NCBI GenBank assembly: GCA_951406725.2
Contig: OX597833.1
Coordinates: forward strand, 9,052,001 to 9,116,000
DNA: 64,000 nt
Reading direction: 5' to 3'
Origin: Octopus vulgaris
Lineage: Eukaryota
Each line of letters begins with the position of its first letter. Position 1 is the stretch's first letter. Below are positions 60,021-64,000 of this stretch, in pieces. A model generated the notes under the pieces. It saw nothing but the letters and a program-made list of their open reading frames with translations. It was not told where the DNA came from and did not search any database. The position numbers were made by a program, and so were the translations under genes.

Positions 60021-63000
60021 ATGTACAGCACAAGGTGAGTTAAGTAGTAAGGATGAAGATTTGTTGGCAAATCTACTTTGGATTTAATGAAACAACTCCC
60101 AGTCTCTGAGGAGAACATGACCAAAGCCTGAAGGGCAAATGTTTTGTATGTTAACTAATGAAAGTAGGAGTCATTGTGATAGCATTGATGTTTCACTGCT
60201 GCCATGACAACCAAAATGATTTCTTATTCAAGAATAAATTCTGAATCAATGGAGAGGAGTTCCAATTCAATGAAATTTCCAAGTAGTTCAAATGCCTAAG
60301 TCTCCAATATCTAAGTGGCTAAAAAGTATCAGTCGAAGGGCAGCCAGGAGTCATAACCTGGATGTGGCTTGCTCTTCTCCTTCAGGTAATGAGTTAAGGG
60401 CCAAAACATTTACCTGAGCAAGGATGGATTCTCTGAAAACTTTTTGCAGTTCAGTTCTCTCAACACTTTCTTAGAATATAGTTGCTATTATCTGTGTGGG
60501 TGGCTAATCTATTTCCAGACTTATAAGATTAATCCATTGTGAAATTAATCCATGATGAAATTTTTCGAGTGAATGGAATTGCCTGAAAATTCAGAGATTA
60601 TTTTAACCTTGATAACAACTGAAAAACATTTCATTGGAATCCGTTACAGACTGCAGACACGTTAAGAACATGTTTCATTCTTTGATACGGATCATACACA
60701 AATCACAATTTGTATCAAGTATTTGTTTTATACCCTTATAAATTAAGGGTCAGTTTAAACGGATGATTGGCATGAATGGGTTAAGCAGATGGCCTTCCTT
60801 ATGGTAATTCCTAAGGTTCGTAGGGTCCATAATTTGTATGCTAAATCCTTTTCATTTAATTATTGGTGCAAGTAACCTGCTTAAGTTTAGTGCTATTGTA
60901 GTGTTTATCATTTGATCATAACGACTTCATTTAATAGCTCCATTGTAATACTGTAAAGGAAAGATTAGAGATCTTAATGGATACATAGTTAATTATACTC
61001 TTCCTAATTGAAAGTGGAAGGTTAGAAAGTCTATGAACATATTGTAGGTTCTTGTTAGGCTTATAGTATGGTTGGTAAGTTTGTGAGATTAAATCTAAGG
61101 TTAGGCTTTGAAAATTAACAGTGGTAACTCATTTTCCAAATGAGATAAATAAAAGTTTTGAAAAACTTGTATAATTCCTTCCTTAATCTTTCTAAGGATG
61201 AGGATTCATGGAGTAAGATTTCTAGTTTTGTCTCCTATCACATGCAATTTGTTTGAATTTAGAATCTAATTAAATACATCTCAAGGTTTTCATTGGGACG
61301 TAATAGACTCACTCCCAGACTTACACTACCAATACTCCAACCCTTCTGGCCATGTTCTCTCTTCATCTAGAAGGTGATTTAAGCTGCTTTGACCAGATAT
61401 AAAGGGTGAATTATATTATTTTGTACATATTTTGATGTCTTAACTGAAGATCTTGTGTAAGAGCTGAAATTCCCTTTTATCTGAAATGTGTTAAATACAT
61501 TCAAAACATCATTATTTTGTTTGGCTTCATTATACATATAAAGAACAAATATCAGTTCTATCACCTGAGATTTGAAAGCGCATCTCAGAATTACTGGTCG
61601 CACTTTCACCCACCAAATCAGTTTGTGGTGGGAAAAACTTCTTTGTCCTGTCACTTGAATCAATGATTGATGAGTTTTTAATGACCAGCTTGGTGCAATT
61701 AAGCTCAGATGAATTAGATCTAACCTGAATATTCAGCTGAGGTTTGTCCATCTTTCTATCGACTGCAGACTGTTATAAATACAACCAGTTTCATGGATAG
61801 AGACTGTTCGCACTCACTCACCTCAGCTTATATCATATACGCCCTTTCATGCTCACTCACTGCCTCCGTCATGCAACAACTGGCACATTTTGCACACATG
61901 TGTATGCTCGTTCACTCTGCCTCAGTTGTGCACCAACTGGCATATTCTGCATCCTGTGCAAGCAAAGTGACACCGCTATTCAGACTCACATGAATAGATT
62001 CCTGTCCCATATATCTTTTCAAGGTTCTCTCTCCTGATATGCATCATTTTTGTCAGCCTTGCCTCACATCTACCAACAACAAAATACTTTTCACAATTGA
62101 ACGTTATTTTCACCTTGTCTTAAAATGCATTTTTGTACGAATGCACTCTTTTCCCTAGATTGTTTGTTTCTTTTTTTTTTATAGAAACTCTCTAGCTGGG
62201 TAGTAGTGTAAGGGTCTAGCCTGACCCTGTCTGAGATTTGAAACCAAGTCCACCTGCTTGCTGCTTGTCAACATGAGCAGGAAATCTTCTCAACACCAGA
62301 TAATTGATGAGGAAGCACTCAATCCCCTAGGACCTGTGCTGGTCAAGGAAAGGTCACTCCTTTGTTTTGGATTTGACCTACATTACTGACCATAGTCTAT
62401 ATAACAGAGAATTTCCTATCTCTTCCTCTTATGTGTCAGCTATGACCAAGAGCAGCACATTTCTCAGCCACAAGAAAGATGATGCCACCTCTATCCTTTC
62501 TAATCAGCACCGTGCATTCCTTACTCTTTCACTCTCTACTGACAGACAACCTTTTTGTACACTATCAACCAGCGAGCCAACCTTGCCACTATCACTAGAA
62601 TTGCTCCTGTCTCTTTAACTACCCGTCAGGCAAACGAATAAACATATGTAAATAATATTTCTTCCTGTTGATGGCATTTTCCTTCAATGACCAAATATGC
62701 CTGGGGTTGTAATAACCCTAACCCTAAACCAGTTAAATCTGGTCTTGTTCCAACTGTGGCTTACATCTCAAGTAGGTAACATCAAGCACTTTGGATCAGA
62801 TGTTGTGGACCATAAGAAAGACTCTCTTACATGTAGGAGACAAGCCCGGAGCGTCTGTCACAATCTATAAAACAATGGGCAATCAAGTATTTCAAAGTTT
62901 CTCACCATCTTCAGAGCATTCACTTCCATGGAGCAGAAAGTTGGACTACGAAGAACAGAGGTTCAAGATCATCTTGATGGTTACATACGTAGAAAAAATT

Positions 63001-63940
63001 TCTCAAGATGGTTCAAAATATCTGATTACACGAACACAAAATCTAAGAGGCAGTTTATGGACGCACTCTACCCATCTCCATAATCATTGCTCAGTGCTGG
63101 TTGGTTTTAACATCCGAACAGATGTTATATTCTAATGTCCTAATACGGGATGACAGCCACTAAGCTACATCAATGTTTTTAGCTGAGACACAAAACATGA
63201 AACACGATATACCAATAGTGGTGATGGGTCAGAGATTCCTGGTACAGCATTGCAAAGCACATTTGGTTGTGACCACTTGAAGAAGTTACACATAGCCTCT
63301 ATTTACATTTACCTGGATTTAGGGAATTAAAATGAACATTTCATAATTATAAAACGGGAAATAAACATTTACAAACTCTATTGAAATTGTGTTGATTTTT
63401 AAAATTAAACTTCATGGTTTCATTTGATGCATTAACGAGATTAAACAAGTTTAAAGACAGTCATTTTGGTGTTACCTGCTCCTGAATGTATCCTGTGGTG
63501 AGGTGGACACCCTCCATTTCTCGTGATGCCAAGGAATCAAGTAGGTGGTGATGATCTAAATGATGTAAAACCATTTTTATTCAATTGGTGTTTACCTCTT
63601 GGGAAAAGAAGACAAAAACCTAATGGAAACTATTAGAAATTTTATAAAGGAAAGGAGATCATTTTCAGAAGAGTAATTTAATAATTCTAAAACATTTAAT
63701 TCTCCTGCTCAAGACAGAATCTGATATGTTAAAAGGAAAGCAGGGGAAATATGCCAATACAGCAGGATCTCATTAGGGAAACATTATAAACACAAACCAT
63801 TGTGATTGGTTTCAGTTTTAGGAAATACGTTCAGAAAATTTGAGTTTGTTGTTTATTTAATTCTTTTTACCGTCCAATTGTAGCAGAATGCTTTTTATGT
63901 GGCTGTTTGGTATCATCTGTTTACATTTTCTAAAGAGAAT

Positions 63941-64000
63941 TATGACGTAGTATCAAAAAGTTTCTGCACCAGTTCTGTAGCACAGACCTTCATGAGGCTG
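63941..64000 (+). mobile_element. Start of a second copy of the mariner family at 16479..17339
   Basis: tatgacgtagtatcaaaaagtttctgcaccagttctgtagcaca-gaccttcatgaggc matches the TIR and subterminal sequence of the 17339 end; runs off the window. Confidence 0.65.

Noticed and set aside
60050-63300. Possible decayed LINE or piggyBac-like remnants (similar hints at 1..1450)
   Set aside because: Only faint motif resemblance; I cannot assign a family or boundaries without a profile search.

Overview
This is AT-rich, microsatellite- and retroelement-dense animal genomic DNA. The SINE/RTE repeats look like those of octopus (coleoid cephalopod), which is an inference from recalled repeat families. The main feature is a complete 14-exon SRPRA gene (signal recognition particle receptor alpha) on +, CDS 20591..57020. 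All splice sites are GT-AG with matching phases, giving 1935 nt and 644 aa. A probable first coding exon of an unidentified minus-strand gene lies near 8.4-8.5 kb. Transposon relics include a CGGBP1/hAT-like transposase, mariner, Helitron, several RTE LINEs (one with a long intact ORF carrying a PHD finger), a BovB-type RTE, CR1-like and R4/Dong-like fragments, and tRNA-type SINEs. The most striking finding is in SRPRA intron 3: six sense-strand box C/D snoRNA genes with an invariant 12-nt guide complementary to the 28S rRNA peptidyl-transferase region. They sit three per copy in a recent ~2.07-kb direct duplication that brackets a Helitron fragment. Coordinates were counted by hand and repeat boundaries are approximate.
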